DNA of 64,000 nucleotides from Octopus vulgaris (GCA_951406725.2 OX597816.1:139872001-139936000), one strand, 5' to 3'. Positions 11,657-25,859 are shown, numbered from the stretch's first letter. Numbers and translations: made by a program. Notes: a model not told the origin generated them from the sequence alone.

Positions 11657-14547
11657 ATTAACAATACAAAGACAATACAAATGAAGCGATGTTCAGGCCA
11701 CGCTCCGACCCCACAAGCCCTGATCTACCGCTGGTACCTTTTTTTGTTCTTTTTTTTTTCCGTCTATTCACACGGTTCCTTGCACGCACAACGCTCGTGC
11801 AACATGCTCCCATCTCTTTTGGAACGTACACTCCGACAGACATCTCTTCTCCAGCCACAGTTTCTTTTTCAAATGAAAAGAAAAAAATGATCGTAAATTG
11901 TGGCCAGAGATAAAGTTGCCTGTCTTAATTCCTTTTATCCTAGTCTTCCATACTGCCTCTTCGCTATTGCTACAACCGTGAGAAAACAATTCTTACCTTC
12001 GTTCGTTAAAACTCCCGGTGAATCAATTTTTATAATTGACTCAGTCGACAGTTGTACTCTTCCTTCGCCGGACAACAGGTGTTCAGCATGTTTCACATTT
12101 CAGTTATCTCCGGACACTGAACAATAGCGTGAGGGACAGTTTCCCTGTCCCCACCGCATCTTGGACAGGTCGGCGATTGACTCTTACCGTGTCTTGCGAG
12201 CTTATCTCAAACGGGCAAGGCACCTCTGTAGCATTGCCAGGTTAAGGGCTTTTGGAAGTTGTCCAACGTTCTCAACCCGAATGTACGGTGAAACAGGCTG
12301 TCCAGTTGAATAAACCCAGGACCTAAAATCGCTCCCAAGCCATCGTCGCATTCAGACTCTACCAACCTACTATATAAAATCCGTGTGGAACCCCCACCGC
12401 TGGCGTTGCCCGAGCGCCGGAATAGCAAAAGGGCCTTACGCCACCCTTTATGCCACTCACTCGACCCCGGTCTATGAGAACACCAGGCTTCCTGTTAGCA
12501 AAAACTTATGAACTCGGGGAACATTTATCTGGCCAGCGGAGACCACACCCGTTCACTATCCAGGAGAATCTAGAGGTGCCTCAACCTCAACGTATGTCTG
12601 CGCATCATTAACCAAGGCATCCTTAAACCTCCCTTTAAAGGCTTTTGACAGTAGACAGAGCGTTTCACAAGTGGTGACCTGCCTTTCCACAAAAGAACTG
12701 TCTCTCCAACCTGATCAACCACGAATTAGGACAGGGCACAACGGTCAGGCGGTAGGTAATGACCGATGCGATAAAGACATTGGCCACCTCCGCCCTCCCT
12801 TTTAGGGATAGCCACCGCCAAGACCAGGTCTTGACTACTGCAGCCACCCTGCTCAATACCTCCGTCCAGTTCTTCTCTATCTGGAGGCCTGGTCCAAACC
12901 AAACTCCCAGCAACTTAACCGGTCCCTCCGTCCAGCACCCAATAATGCTGTCTGAAGGCATCGACTTGCCAACCCAGATGCCGAGCTGCAAGCCGACCGA
13001 CTTTTCCCCGTCAATCTTTGCTCCTGCCATCTCCTCGTAAGCCTCAATAGTCTTACCCACTTCACGTAGGCGTGCTACCGTGGTTACGCTGATAGTGATA
13101 TCATCCGCGTAAGCCGTAACAAACTCCTCTAGAGTTTCTTTCGGGATGCCACTCAACCTTCGCAGTAGCGGCTCGAGAGCCATCACACACAAAAGTGGTG
13201 AGAGCGGACATCTTTGACGAACTGAGAGTCTGATGCAGAACGACTTCGAAAGGAAACCGTTCACCCGAACTATCGAGTCAATGTTGTGGTACAAAGCGAT
13301 AAACCACCTGAGGGAGCCAAGGCCCAGGCCGAACCACGCAAGCGCAGTCGCCAGGTATCGATGGTCAACCCTATCAAAAGCTTTAGACTGGTCTAAATGT
13401 ACCAATGCTCCACCTTTGCCACATTTATTACCATAACCTCTCTATGGTATAGCGAATAAGATGGATGGTATCCTGAATGGTTCTGCCTGGGATGGCACAT
13501 GTTTGTGCCTCCCCGACTATACCATTCGCGACACGCTCCAACTTTTTTGCTAACACCTTGGCCAAAATCTTCACTTCTGCGTTTAACAGAGTGATGGGCC
13601 TGAAATTCTCAATAACGTCCCCCTTGTCCGGGTCCTTTCTGACCAACGTCACTACTCCTCGGCGCAGAGATCTGGAGATAAACCCATTATGTTGCCAGTT
13701 CGCGTACACGTCAGCCAGTAGTTGCTCGAACAAGTCTGACATACATTTATACAGCTCGTACGGAAGACCATCAAGTCCCAGCGACTTACCCGCTTTACAG
13801 TCGGCCAAAGCCTCCATCACCTCCACAGGCGTGATTGGGCCTTCGCAAGACTCCGCATCCGACCCCGAGAGACACGGCAACCCGACAAGAAAGTCCTCGA
13901 GGGATCTCCCACCACCAGGACCGCCGTCACCCCCGAACAGCTGGGCGAAGGCCTCACACATTTTCTCGGGTTCGTTTACCAAGACACCATTTTGATTCGT
14001 CAAAGACCGAATGGTGGAACTATTTCCTTGCCGAGCTTCCACCACTCTGGCCCATCCAGCGGCCTTGATTCCTTCACTTCCCATCGCACGAAACTTAGCT
14101 CTGGCAATACTTCCCATGTGTTGGGCTTCAAGATGCTGGTTTAACTCCAGTCTTTTCACCCTCGCTTGGTCCGCACTACCAGTCCTCCAGGCGTCTAGTT
14201 CCTTAACTAGACCATCTCCTATTCTACGTCCCTTCTTAGCTAAACTTATGCTAAACTTTACAAACTCATATTTGATGGCTCTTTTTAGGGCGTACCACCA
14301 TTTGTTATTAATGATGGTACCTGTTAATGCCATCTGTATTAACATTTTGATCTGCTTTCTGTACTCCTCAATTTCCAGTAGCCAGATCCCTGACTATGCA
14401 ACTTATCTATCGTCAGTTTACAGGTAACCATCTTGTTGTCACTGTAGCTGACTAGAAAAAAACTGTGGACACTCGGCTGCTATGGACTTATCTGTTTCTC
14501 TAATTAAAATCTTATCTAGATATGTTCTGGAAGACCCGTCACTATTT
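11657..14547 (-). mobile_element. L1/Tx1-clade non-LTR retrotransposon, 5'-truncated, ORF2 pseudogene (APE end, RT, CCHC)
   Basis: ORFs 13428..14345 and 12665..13405: GLDGLPYELY, NFRPITLLN, LDQSKAFDRVDH, RQRCPLSPLL, YADDIT. Zinc knuckle CPRCGGDRETVPHAIVQC near 12110-12170. APE C-terminus SNSDGSSRTYLDKIL...SYSD...GSGYWKL at 14365-14547. ORF ends at 11768. Confidence 0.9.
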
Positions 14548-17220
14548 GACAGAGAAATAGGGAGGAAGAAAATAATCGTTGAAGACCCCACCTTCTCTGC
14601 CATGGAAGAAGTTGAAAACTTCTGGAAAATTATATGGAGTGATGAAAAGACTTACAATAAAAATGCAGACTGGATTAGACGCACAGAAGGATCCTACCAA
14701 AACTTACCAGAACAAGCATGGGAAGACATCACAATAACAGACCTAAGGATGACACACACGAAGGCTCATAAGTAGAAGTCCCCTGGTAATGATAGGGCGC
14801 CAAATTTCTGGCTCGCCTCGCTCCCGTGTGCACTCGAAAAGTTAGTCCAGTTATTCTATGAAATTATGAAAGATCCTTCGAAAACATCTGTTTGGTTAGC
14901 AAGTGGTATTACTTACCTACTCCTGAAGAATAATGAAACCAGATTTCTCCAAAATTAACGGCCCATAACACGTCTATCTACCACGTATAAAATTTTAACA
15001 TCCATTCTCGTGGAGAAAACACAAATTTATGGAACAGAACGATATTTTCCCTACTGAACAAAAAGGGTGCCATATGGATGGTAAAGACCAGCTCTTAGTC
15101 AAACGCATGATCCTTGAGATCTCATGTCTACATGGATCGATTATAAAAAGGCCTTCGACAGCAAACCGCATTCATGGATCTTGAAATCACTGGATATCTT
15201 CAAAATTTCACCTGTGATGTCAATACGAATCTCCAATTATACCACTCTCAATACGAATCTCCAATTATACCACTCTCATGGATTATCGACCACAAAAAAT
15301 ATTAATATCAACTGCGGTATTTTCCAAGATGACTCACTTTTACCTTTAATTTTCTGCATAGCCCTAATACCTCTGACCAGTGAACTTGACAGAACAGGGT
15401 ATAGATATGAAATATTGGCGACAAAACAATAAGTCATCTATTTTATATGAATGACTTAAAACTCTATGGCAAAGACGATAATGAGCTTGAGGGACTACTA
15501 CGTACTGTGAAAGCATTCAGTGATGACATCGGGATGGAATTTGGTTTTGATAAATAAGCCAAGGCTACTTTCCAGAAAGGGAAAATGAAGACCTCGCATT
15601 CAGTGGTTTGGATGTTGACAGTCATAAAACTTACAATATGCCCTCGGAATATATGAGGGTTCTGGCATTCAGCATGCAAGTATGAAAGAGAAGATCAGGA
15701 AGGGGTGTTACAGGAAATTTTGAGAAGTCCTAAAATCTGAGATAAATGCAAGTAACAAGGTATTAGCTATAAATTCCTTATCACTTCAGGTTGTTATTTA
15801 CAGTTTCAATGTGCTGAACTGGAAGAGCGAAATAAGGAAGATTGATAGGATAATATGTAAGCTACTGACTTGCAATAAGATGCAACATCCAAAGGCAGAC
15901 GCAGATGGTCTTTACCTACCCAGAGCTCAAGGAGCTCGAGGATTGATCCAATTTGAAATCTACAAAACCACCACAATTGGACTGGCAAACTATCTTGAAA
16001 CATCTAATGACAGGATGCTAAAGCTCGTTAAAAACCATGAAAGACGTAAGAAGATTCATTGTAATGATGAGAATAAAATAAATTTCAAGTGAGTTTATTC
16101 ATAATACTCAGGTTGAACAGCATGACGGAAGTGCTACAAAGAAGGTGAAATCAATAGCAAAGCAAAATGCATTTCAACAACTGGCTGATTGGAGGGAACA
16201 AAAACCTCTACATGGCAAATATGTGGCCCGTAACAAACAAGCTCGTGTAGACCATAAACACACTCATCAGTGGCTGAAGGCAGAGTGTGAAGACTTTATC
16301 CTGGCTGCAAAAGATCAGAACTTATTGACCCGGAACTATCAAGCCAATGTGATGAAAAATGGTGTAGACCCAAAACGCCGATACTGCAACGATAGGATGA
16401 AGACAGTCGACCATCTAATCTCAGGGTGTCAGGTTTTAGCGCCTGTAGTGTACAAATCCAGACTTGTCAGAGATGACCAATATCTACATTGGATAATGTG
16501 TCGGCATTATAAAGTCAAAACTGCTGACAAATGGTACAAGCACCAACCTAAGACTGTAACAGGGAGAAAATGTAGCTATTCTTTGGGACTTTCCATTATG
16601 TACAGACCGGACCATCAAAGCAAATAAACCAGAGATTGCTGTGAAAGGAAAAGCAATAAAGTTTCTTTATTAATTGACATGAGCATACCCTGTGATTATA
16701 ATATCTCGGCAAAAGTGTTTAAGCTCAGAAAATATAAAGTTTATCTCATCGAAATCGAAAAGATTTGGCATCTCAAGACGGTTACAATACCAGTGATTTT
16801 AGGAGCACTTGGAATGATCAAAAAAGGAACTGAAAATTATTTAAGAATGATCCCTGGCTTACCATCCATGCAGGAAGTGCAAAAAAGTTTCCTTAACTGG
16901 TACGTCACATGTACTGAGAAGTGCATTGTCGCTGTGATTTTGCTTTGTTCCCCCCTTTATTTGTTTGCTTTTATTTTTTTCATTTTCCTTTTTCTTTCTG
17001 TCATCCCTTTCTTCTCTATCACATGACTTTATAAATGAACAATCTAATTTTTTAATTTTTAATTTTTATTTTTATCTAGTTTCAGCTCACAAGCTGTGGC
17101 CATGCTGGGGCACTTATTTTAATGACCTACCAATGTATACTGTACGTTTCTCTGCCCTAGATATCAGGAAGTCACTCGGCAAGAAATGGAAACAGAATTG
17201 AAAGAAGATGGGAAAGAAAA
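14548..17220 (+). mobile_element. R4/Dong-clade non-LTR retrotransposon (RT + zinc knuckle + RLE endonuclease), 5'-truncated pseudogene
   Basis: Fragments EEVENFWKIIWS, WIDYKKAFDSKPHSWI, GIFQDDSLLPLIFCIALIPL, HLFYMNDLKLY, HPKADADGLYLPR, KPLHGKY, YC..TVDHLISGC, LIDMSIPCD and TIPVILGALG. It ends against an (AAC)/(AAT)n tract, consistent with the known TAA-repeat targeting of Dong elements. Confidence 0.88.
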
Positions 17221-17245
17221 TAACAACAACAACAACAACAACAAC

Positions 17246-17310
<65 letters not shown>
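17221..17310. repeat. (AAC)n(AAT)n microsatellite
   Basis: Seen directly at the 3' end of the R4/Dong element. Confidence 0.95.
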
Positions 17311-17524
17311 TAAATGCCTTGATGTAGTAACAGGCAGTGGCTCCCGGGGCTTCTGATCTTAACTGATTAGAAGTGTTATCATGTACACACACACAGGTAA
17401 TCGTTCCGTAAGTCAGGGATGACATTAAAATAAACATGGGAGAAGCGTTTGAAGACAGAAGACAGAAGACTGATAAGGATGAATAACACGGCAGCAAATG
17501 AATTGAGCTCAAAACAGAGAATAC

Positions 17525-17689
17525 GATTGGTTAAAATTCGAAGAATTAAACTACGTAAAAGTTACAAAATACATTTTTCGCAAAAAAACTAATTGAAATT
17601 AATGTTTTCTTTTGACACATTCTACCAGTATACGAAGTTTCAAATTATTTAGTTAAGTAGAAATTCTGTCCATGTTTTAGAAAAGATCC
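17525..17689. mobile_element. Solo right arm of the GGATC-ended MITE family
   Basis: Shares gattggtt(a/g)aaat, cacattctaccagtatacgaagttt and the terminal aaaagatcc with the elements at 32831 and 60514. Confidence 0.65.
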
Positions 17690-18599
17690 CAAACAGCTGA
17701 AAGAGAAGGAATTATATGGCCAATTCATCGAAACCGGGAATGTTAAAAGTGAAGAAGGTTGGTTACAGCTGTTAGACAGAAAACTGAATCACTGATTATA
17801 GTTGTTCTGGACGAATTTGAAAAAAAGAGTAATAAAATTCAAAGAGCAAACGCAGAATGTGTAGGAAAGGGAATGAAAGTATTATTAGCTCCTTAGACAA
17901 CGCGGCTTTGGACAGAACAAAACGAATCCAGTGCGTCACCCATACAAAATGTAGAGTGAGTACGGATTAGCAGAGTCATTAGAGCGCTGGATAGAATGCT
18001 TCGTGATATTTATTCCAACTCCGTGCGCTCTGAGTTCAAATCCTACCAAGTTTAGACTTCCTTTCATCTTTGGAAGGCCGATAGCAAATATCAATCCGAG
18101 TCGGTGGTTTGGCAGAACTGTAAAACCATCGGACCGAATGCCTTACGGCATTTGTTCCGACATTTTATGTTCTGAACTTAAATCCCGCTATCGTCTACTT
18201 GGTGTCCGTTTTAACACTACTACCCGGTTTGTTGCCTGCCTTTAATTCAGTCCACTTTGTTACAAGCATTCGTTTTAGGTATCCAGGGTGTGAATACTCT
18301 CCTCTCTCCCATCAAACTCGGAGACCTTGTAACGGGTTATGAACCATCCTTCTTTCTTGAGTAAAAAATAAAAGATCATATACTGAAGCAGTACCAATCA
18401 CTTTTAGATAACCTTCAAAGGTCAACATCACTCACATTTATACTTCGCACAGACACATGCACACACATATACACGCATACACATACACACGGATACCTAT
18501 ACATGTATATGTGCTTGTGTTGTGTGTGTGCTTGTGGTTATATGTATGCTATACTCGCCGTAATAGATACACTAGATTTCGTACGATGGGAAAAAGACC

Positions 18600-18900
18600 T
18601 GGAAAAAAAACCAGTATTAGAATTCAGTATAGTACACATAAATCCATTACAATAACTCCATTTTCTAAACATAGACATTCAAATAAAAGAAAAACAACTG
18701 CTTCATCATATTCGTTTACACGAAATATACAAGAACTGCATATACTTCTACAGAGATGGCGAATATTCACGCAAATACAAAATATCGATGGTAAAACCTG
18801 TCAGTAGAGCATTGACATTCTCCTCTGCAAACGAAACATTTGTTAAAGTAATCCAGATAATATAACAAACGTGAATTCTAGCAAACTAATACACCGAGTC
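18600..18900 (+). pseudogene. Penelope-like element RT fragment
   Basis: Frameshifted PFLNIDIQI...VYTKYTRT...KYKISMVK..SRAL resembles the PLE LPFLD / VYRKPT / RA...CS motifs. Confidence 0.45.
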
Positions 18901-18930
18901 ATAGCACAATACAGTAACATACATCAGATA

Positions 18931-19530
18931 CTAGATTTATTAAAACGCACAAATCACGCGTAGTATATTATACGAGCAAAACGCCCCCACCCCCATCTAA
19001 TGGACGGTGCCGAGTTGTTAAACATTTAAACCAAATTTTTCAAAATAACTTGTCCAACCGTCCCATAGGCATCCCCTTTGAGAAACACTGATTTAACCTA
19101 AATTTGAGACACCAGCAAAAGAAGAAATAAAGATATACTGTTTTCTATTCCAAAGAAAAACGATTTTATTCACACAAATATGCAACCGAAGAGTTTAAAG
19201 TACCAGTAATGATAAAGTTGTTGACTGGGAGAACACAAACATGGTTTAAACAGTAAGTTTGGCAGAAAAGAAACGCGCCTTTAAGTAGTACAAAAACAAC
19301 AAAAAATTGAAGGTGCAGTTATACACAGGTTGACGGAAGAAAAGCAGGACAAAAACGGTTTTATCGATCGCATTCTCACCTGGAATCGATTTTTGAAACT
19401 TTTTCATGACTTATGTGCGCCCTGATACCGTCGGTATCTACATATCAAATTTGAGCGCAATCGGATGGAGGACGCCCGAGATCCTAGAAGACACACACAC
19501 AGACAGACAAAACGGATTTTATATAATAGA
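18931..19530 (-). mobile_element. Non-autonomous Helitron-like element
   Basis: On - strand it starts A|TCtattatataaaatccgttttgtctgtctgtgtgtg and may end with a weak hairpin acgcgtgatttgtgcgt about 11 nt before CTAG|T. The 5' end is better supported than the 3' end. Confidence 0.45.
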
Positions 19531-19555
19531 TGAATCAAATGCAGATTATATACAT

Positions 19556-19556
19556 A

Positions 19557-19594
<38 letters not shown>

Positions 19595-19614
19595 GAGATT
19601 TAGAAATTTAGTAT

Positions 19615-19674
<60 letters not shown>

Positions 19675-19688
19675 CATGTATGTATATA

Positions 19689-19729
<41 letters not shown>

Positions 19730-19737
19730 ATGTGTGT

Positions 19738-19817
<80 letters not shown>

Positions 19818-19826
19818 ACACATATA

Positions 19827-19866
<40 letters not shown>
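19556..19866. repeat. Compound (TA)n/(TG)n microsatellite
   Basis: Seen directly. Confidence 0.95.
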
Positions 19867-19868
<2 letters not shown>

Positions 19869-20240
19869 CGCAGGAGTAGCTGTGTGGTAAGTAGCTTGCT
19901 TACCGTCCACATGGTTGCGGGTTCAGTCCCACTGCGTGGTACCTTGGACCGACCAAAGCCTTGTGAGTGGATTTGGTAGACAGAAACTGAAAGAAGCCCG
20001 TGGTATATATGTATATATATATATGTGTGTGTGCTTGTGTGTATGTGATTCTGTGATTGTGTTTGACATCCGATGTTGGTGTGTTTACGTCCCCGTAACT
20101 GAGCGGTTCGGCAAAAAAGAGACCAATAGAATAAGTACCAGGCTTACTAAGAATAAGTCGTGGGGTCGATTTGCTCGACTAAAAGGTGGTGCTCCAGCAT
20201 GCCGCAGTCAAATGACTGAAACAAGTAAAAGAATAAAAGA
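19867..20240 (+). mobile_element. SINE A with a small internal deletion
   Basis: ggcgcaggagtagctgtgtggtaag...gcagtcaaatgactgaaacaagtaaaag. Confidence 0.88.
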
Positions 20241-20250
20241 ATATATGTAT

Positions 20251-22779
20251 GAGTGGCGACATAGGGCTGTTCGGGCTTAGCCCAAGTATAAATTTAGTGA
20301 AGTAAACGTGTATTTGCAAGCTGATTTAATTTCTGCCAACACTGACTTAAAGTATGTAATTTCAGCCAATACTTGTCAACAAAACAAGCGACAGTCAGAT
20401 CGCTGATGTTTGTTGTGCACTCCGCTGTCGTTCTTTAATTGCTGTTATTCTGTGCGTCTGTGTAAAGATCAGTTGTGTTTTCCGGGGTTGCTTTATTTTT
20501 CACCATTAACTTAGAAATGGAGAAAGACATAGTGCTAGATATAACAAAATAAGCCATTTGGAGTGAGAAATATTGCGGGAAAACATGAAATTCTTCGAGC
20601 AGACAGGCCGATTCTTTCAGCGAAAACTGAAGTTGGAACTTGAACATTCCAGATAAAATGGTATGAACAGGTTGATTGGCTTTGTGCAAGCAGCGGCACA
20701 GAGAAACTCTGCTACTGCCATTTTTGTTGTTTTAACCAAAAGCTAATCAGTCGTGTGAATAGATGGAGGCTATAATAATTATAAAACATCTTGGGTGACT
20801 GTAAGTATCACAGTAAATCAGCGAGTCATTTAAGTAGTTAAAAGAGCTCGAAAACTTTCGGACTGTACGATATTGTGACAGCTTTTCGTGAGTCTGCTAA
20901 ACTGGAAAAAGAACGGCATAACAAAAGAACTGAAGAAAATAGACAATATTTAAAGTAGTTAACAAATGCAGTGTTATACCTGTGTAAACAAGAGTTGCCT
21001 TTACGTGGATATGCTGAAGGAAGTGGCAGTCTTAATAATAGAGGAAATTGTTGTGAACTATTGCAGTGCTTTGCTGAAATCGACAGCGTGTTTGCTTCTA
21101 GACTTTCTACTAAAGTGGGGTCGAAACAGTTTTCAGGAGTCACGAGCACAATACAAAATGGCCTAAAACAAGCGACTAGAAATGTCATCTCTGATGAAAT
21201 TAGAAGCGAAGTTGATAAAGCTCCATTCATGTCTGTACAAGCTGACGAATCTATAGACTGTGCAATGCATGCTCAGATCATGATAAGATATATATATATG
21301 AAGACAAAACATGTCAACGATTTCTTAGATTCTATGAAGTCAATGATGATAAAAGTGCTACAAGACTAGCTGATGTGATCGCAGCTGCGTTCAACTATAT
21401 CAGTGACGCTACAGACAAATTAGTGAACCAGACTTACGACGAAGCAGCTGTAATGACAGGAACGCAAAACGGAGTACAGAGCAAGCTAAGGGATTAAAGA
21501 TTTAAACATGCTCTCTTCATTCATTGCTATGTGCATAAACTTAACTTAGTCTTGAGTAAAAGTGCCGAGAAGGTGTTTTTTTTTCTCATTTATGTGCATT
21601 TAGTAAATTTACATCTTCCAGTACCAAGCGAAACAAACGTTTTCAGGCAGTTTGATGTCAGTATTCCATCACTGTGCGAAACAAAATGGTCAAGAACTGT
21701 TATCCATAAAACAGTTGCATGAAAACTTGAAAAATGCCTTTGCAAGTGTTCTAGGCTGTAGGGAAAAGTTTGACACTTTGTCAAACAGATAATCTATTGG
21801 AAGAGTTGAATGATCACATTCATGTTTTTCATCAATTGCTTTCATTGCACTTTCTAAAGCTGGAAAAGTTTTTGATACCAACTAGTGTAAGTTACTCGAC
21901 ATAAAGCATGGTCAGAGTAAACTAAATGACTTTATTCACTGTGTTGACGGTTATCGTAAGGACGAACATTATGAAAATATTTTGCGCGATACAGCTGCTG
22001 TCATTGAACTGCCAGATGAGTCCGATCCTCCTCTTAGAAAAAAGAGTCAGAGGTGCACAAATTAATCACAAAACTACCTATTTTGAAATAATTGATAACA
22101 TTCTAATATCCTTACGAGAGAGATTTTCTGGCATTCAGGAGTATGCATTTTTTCTAATTACTAGACGTTAATAAGTTTGAAGAGTTTGCTAACTTATTTC
22201 CCATCCAACATATGGACTCTCTAGAAAACAAGTATCCCTGCATTTTTGACTGTAAGAGCTTAGTAAACGAGCTAAAATACATGCATAGTGACAGTGATTT
22301 CAAAAAGTGAAAGTCAAACAATTCCTTTCTAGAACTACTCTATAACTACTCTAGAACTACTCTTTCCGCTATGCCGAAATCCATTAAATTAATTAAGCTA
22401 GCGCTGACCATCCTTTTATCATCAGTCACTGATAAGAAGTTTCTCAATGTTGGATAGAATCCAGTCATAACTGAGAAACAAAATGACCCTAGAACGGCTG
22501 TCTTCGTTGGCTTGTATTTCCATCGAGAAAAGCATTTTGAAGGACTTGGACAAGAATGAGCTGCATGACAGGATATTACACGAGTTTGCCATCAAAACAA
22601 GACGATTGAAGTTCCTGTGCAAATGAAGCGAGTAATTTTAATATTAAAACTATATTTCTGTCTTGTTAAATCATCAGTGCACATATAAGTCTGCGGTGTA
22701 CATTACGTCTCTTGTCCTTTTTATACATATGAAATATATGATGAGCCCGAGTGATGCTGATGACCTGGACTCGCCTCTG
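20251..22779 (+). mobile_element. hAT DNA transposon (ZMYM1/DUF4371-type transposase), near full length, decayed
   Basis: ORF 20971..21369 LCKQELPLRG...NRGN...TIQN...QADES. C-terminal dimerisation region RSFSML.RIQS.LRNKMTLERLSSLACISIEK near 22435-22530. TIRs (g/c)agtggcga / tcgcctctg. 8-bp TSD atatgtat / gtatgtat. Confidence 0.85.
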
Positions 22780-23014
22780 GTATGTATGCATACGTGTAGG
22801 CGTGTGTATGCATGTTTGCATGTATGTACACATACAATATAGAATCACATTTTAAGATATTCGTGTGCACTCAGACTTAGGGGTGACCCTTCGCTGCGAA
22901 AACAATATTTCGAAAACAACATTGGGCTATGAATGACATCATCGGACCGAATGATGCTTGCGTTCTGCGTCTTTAGACTTCATCAGCTACGGACATAGAG
23001 TCAGCTGTATTACA

Positions 23015-23202
23015 TAAATACATACATACATATATACATACATACATACATACATACATACATACATACATTCATACGTACATACATACATACATACATA
23101 CATACATACATACATACATACATACATACATACATACATACATACATACATACATACATACATACATACATACATACATACATACATACATACATACATA
23201 CA

Positions 23203-23235
<33 letters not shown>

Positions 23236-23514
23236 TTGATGTAAAATTGGGAGAGAGTAGGAAAGTAATAGAGAAAGCAGGAAAAGGACAAGCTACAGAG
23301 AAAATGTGTGGGTAATTTACATAGTGACTGAAACACGAAACTGACTGCTCGCATGTACATGTATATAGATTGGATGATAGATAACTAACCAAAAAAAGAT
23401 GAGCTCCGCCATGCACATATACGTACATGAATACATGGTTACACAAACACAGACACACACGCGCACAAACACATATACACAGAGATAGATAGAGAGATAG
23501 ACAGACAGACAGAC

Positions 23515-23603
<89 letters not shown>

Positions 23604-23835
23604 TTAGCTATAGATATATGTATGTGCACATGCAAAAAGATGTATATATGTATATGTGTATATATGTCTGTATATATGCAAGTGCGCACGTACGCGCGCT
23701 CACCACACACACACAATACTATCTATTCGTACATACGTGCATACGTACAGTCATACACACAGAGACTGGATTATCAGTATGCGTGTGGTAGAAAGATGTA
23801 GGAGATAGTTATATACGTATATAAACAGATATTTG

Positions 23836-23873
<38 letters not shown>

Positions 23874-24196
23874 AATTAATACATGAATACATACATACAT
23901 GTATATATATATATGTGTGTGTGTGTATGTATGTATATATATATATATATATATATATACATACATACACACACATATATATAAATATATGTACATATAC
24001 ATATATAAATGTATATGTATATGTATATATATACATATATATATACATGTATACATATATATACATATATATATATATACATATATATATACACACACAC
24101 ACATATATATATATACATATATATGCATATATATATATATATATATATATACATATGTATGTATATATACACACACACATATATATGTATATACAT

Positions 24197-24246
<50 letters not shown>

Positions 24247-24325
24247 TCGTTTGTTCACCCACTCGTACGTACATACGCATACACATATAATTTATGTATG
24301 TGCGTATAGAAACGTGTATATACAT

Positions 24326-24395
<70 letters not shown>

Positions 24396-24839
24396 ATATG
24401 AATATATATGTGTGTGTGATGTGTGTGTGTGTGTATGTATATGCACATACATATACGTATACATACACAAACGTATCCACATACAACTGACACACATACA
24501 CCAACACACACAAATACACACAAATGAAAATAAGCAGACACAAACAAATATTCACTAACGCGCACAGCGCACAGACGAGGGGTAGAAGGAAACTAGCCAT
24601 GATAGCAACGACAGGCGAGCCAAAAGTCATTTGTAGAGTGATTTATTAGCTGTCTATTGAAAATACACTTTAATTGCGCTTAACGTATGTTAATGGCCAC
24701 CAAAAACGATGGAAAGAGAAAGATTTATTGGTTAAGAAGCCATTGCAGTTTTATGCAAGTCTGCTCCGGCGTGAACAGAGTTCTAATATGAAACGAATAG
24801 ATTGGACCGTAAATCTATCTATTCCCACATAAGAATGTA

Positions 24840-24887
<48 letters not shown>

Positions 24888-24943
24888 TATTATATATGTA
24901 TAAATGTATGTGGGTATGTATGTATGTGTATATATATATATAC

Positions 24944-24983
<40 letters not shown>

Positions 24984-25143
24984 GCTCATGCGCGCGCACG
25001 CACACACATATAAACTTACCTAAATGTGCATCTGTGTTTATATACATGATGTTTATACATATACATACATACTCGTAAATATACAAGTACAAATATATGC
25101 GCACGCACGCACGCACACACATATGTATGTATGTGTGTGTGTG

Positions 25144-25192
<49 letters not shown>
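23015..25192. repeat. Microsatellite field: (CATA)n 23020-23230, (GATA)n 23485-23602, long mixed (TA)n/(CA)n tracts
   Basis: Seen directly; it contains a short unique island at about 24540-24830. Confidence 0.9.
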
Positions 25193-25196
<4 letters not shown>

Positions 25197-25859
25197 GACG
25201 GGCTTCTTTCAGTTTCCATCGAGAAGGCTTTCGTCGACAGGTGGCTATAGCAGAAGATACAGCATATGGCCCAAGGTGCCACATGATGGATTGAACTCCG
25301 AACCATGTGGTGGGAAACAAGCTTTTTACCACATACAACACACACACACACACGCACACGCGCACACACGTACATATATATGTATGCATTTAATCCGTTG
25401 GACTGCAGCCATACTGAAGTACAGCTTTTAAGATAGATCATATCCATAATATAAGTTGTTTCAGGTTGGTACATGCTTTATCAGTATCTATTTGTCGAAA
25501 CGTTAGAAACTAACACAGAAACATACACATATATACATTTATAGATATACGCACACGCACACACATACAAACAGACTTCTGCGCAGTTCTGTCAACCAAA
25601 TTCTTTTCACACTGTAGTATCCAATACAAACTTACAATAGAAGGTGCTCAGCAAATATTGTACGTAGCGGGATTGAATCCCCGAAACGACGTTGTTGTAA
25701 AGCGAAAGCCTTAACCACAAAATCATGCCTGCGCCTATACGTATGCTCGCACACAAATCAATATATATTGCTGCTTTCAGCTATTTCCCAACAGCCATGT
25801 TAGTGCACCGAGACATAATCTGTCGCTTCCCGAAACAGGGGACTGAATATTATATTTAC

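Noticed and set aside
15221-15278. 28-bp tandem duplication inside the R4/Dong RT region
   Set aside because: Ordinary post-insertion slippage in a dead element.
22935-22992. Minus-strand ctgatga-agtc-taaa-gac motif resembling a hammerhead
   Set aside because: The GAAA core is replaced by gcagaa and there is no second copy in the window to support it.
22987-25078. Many long ORFs rich in YI, CV, HT, MYVC and LSIY repeats
   Set aside because: They are translations of stop-free (TA)n, (CA)n, (CATA)n and (GATA)n microsatellites; no protein signal.
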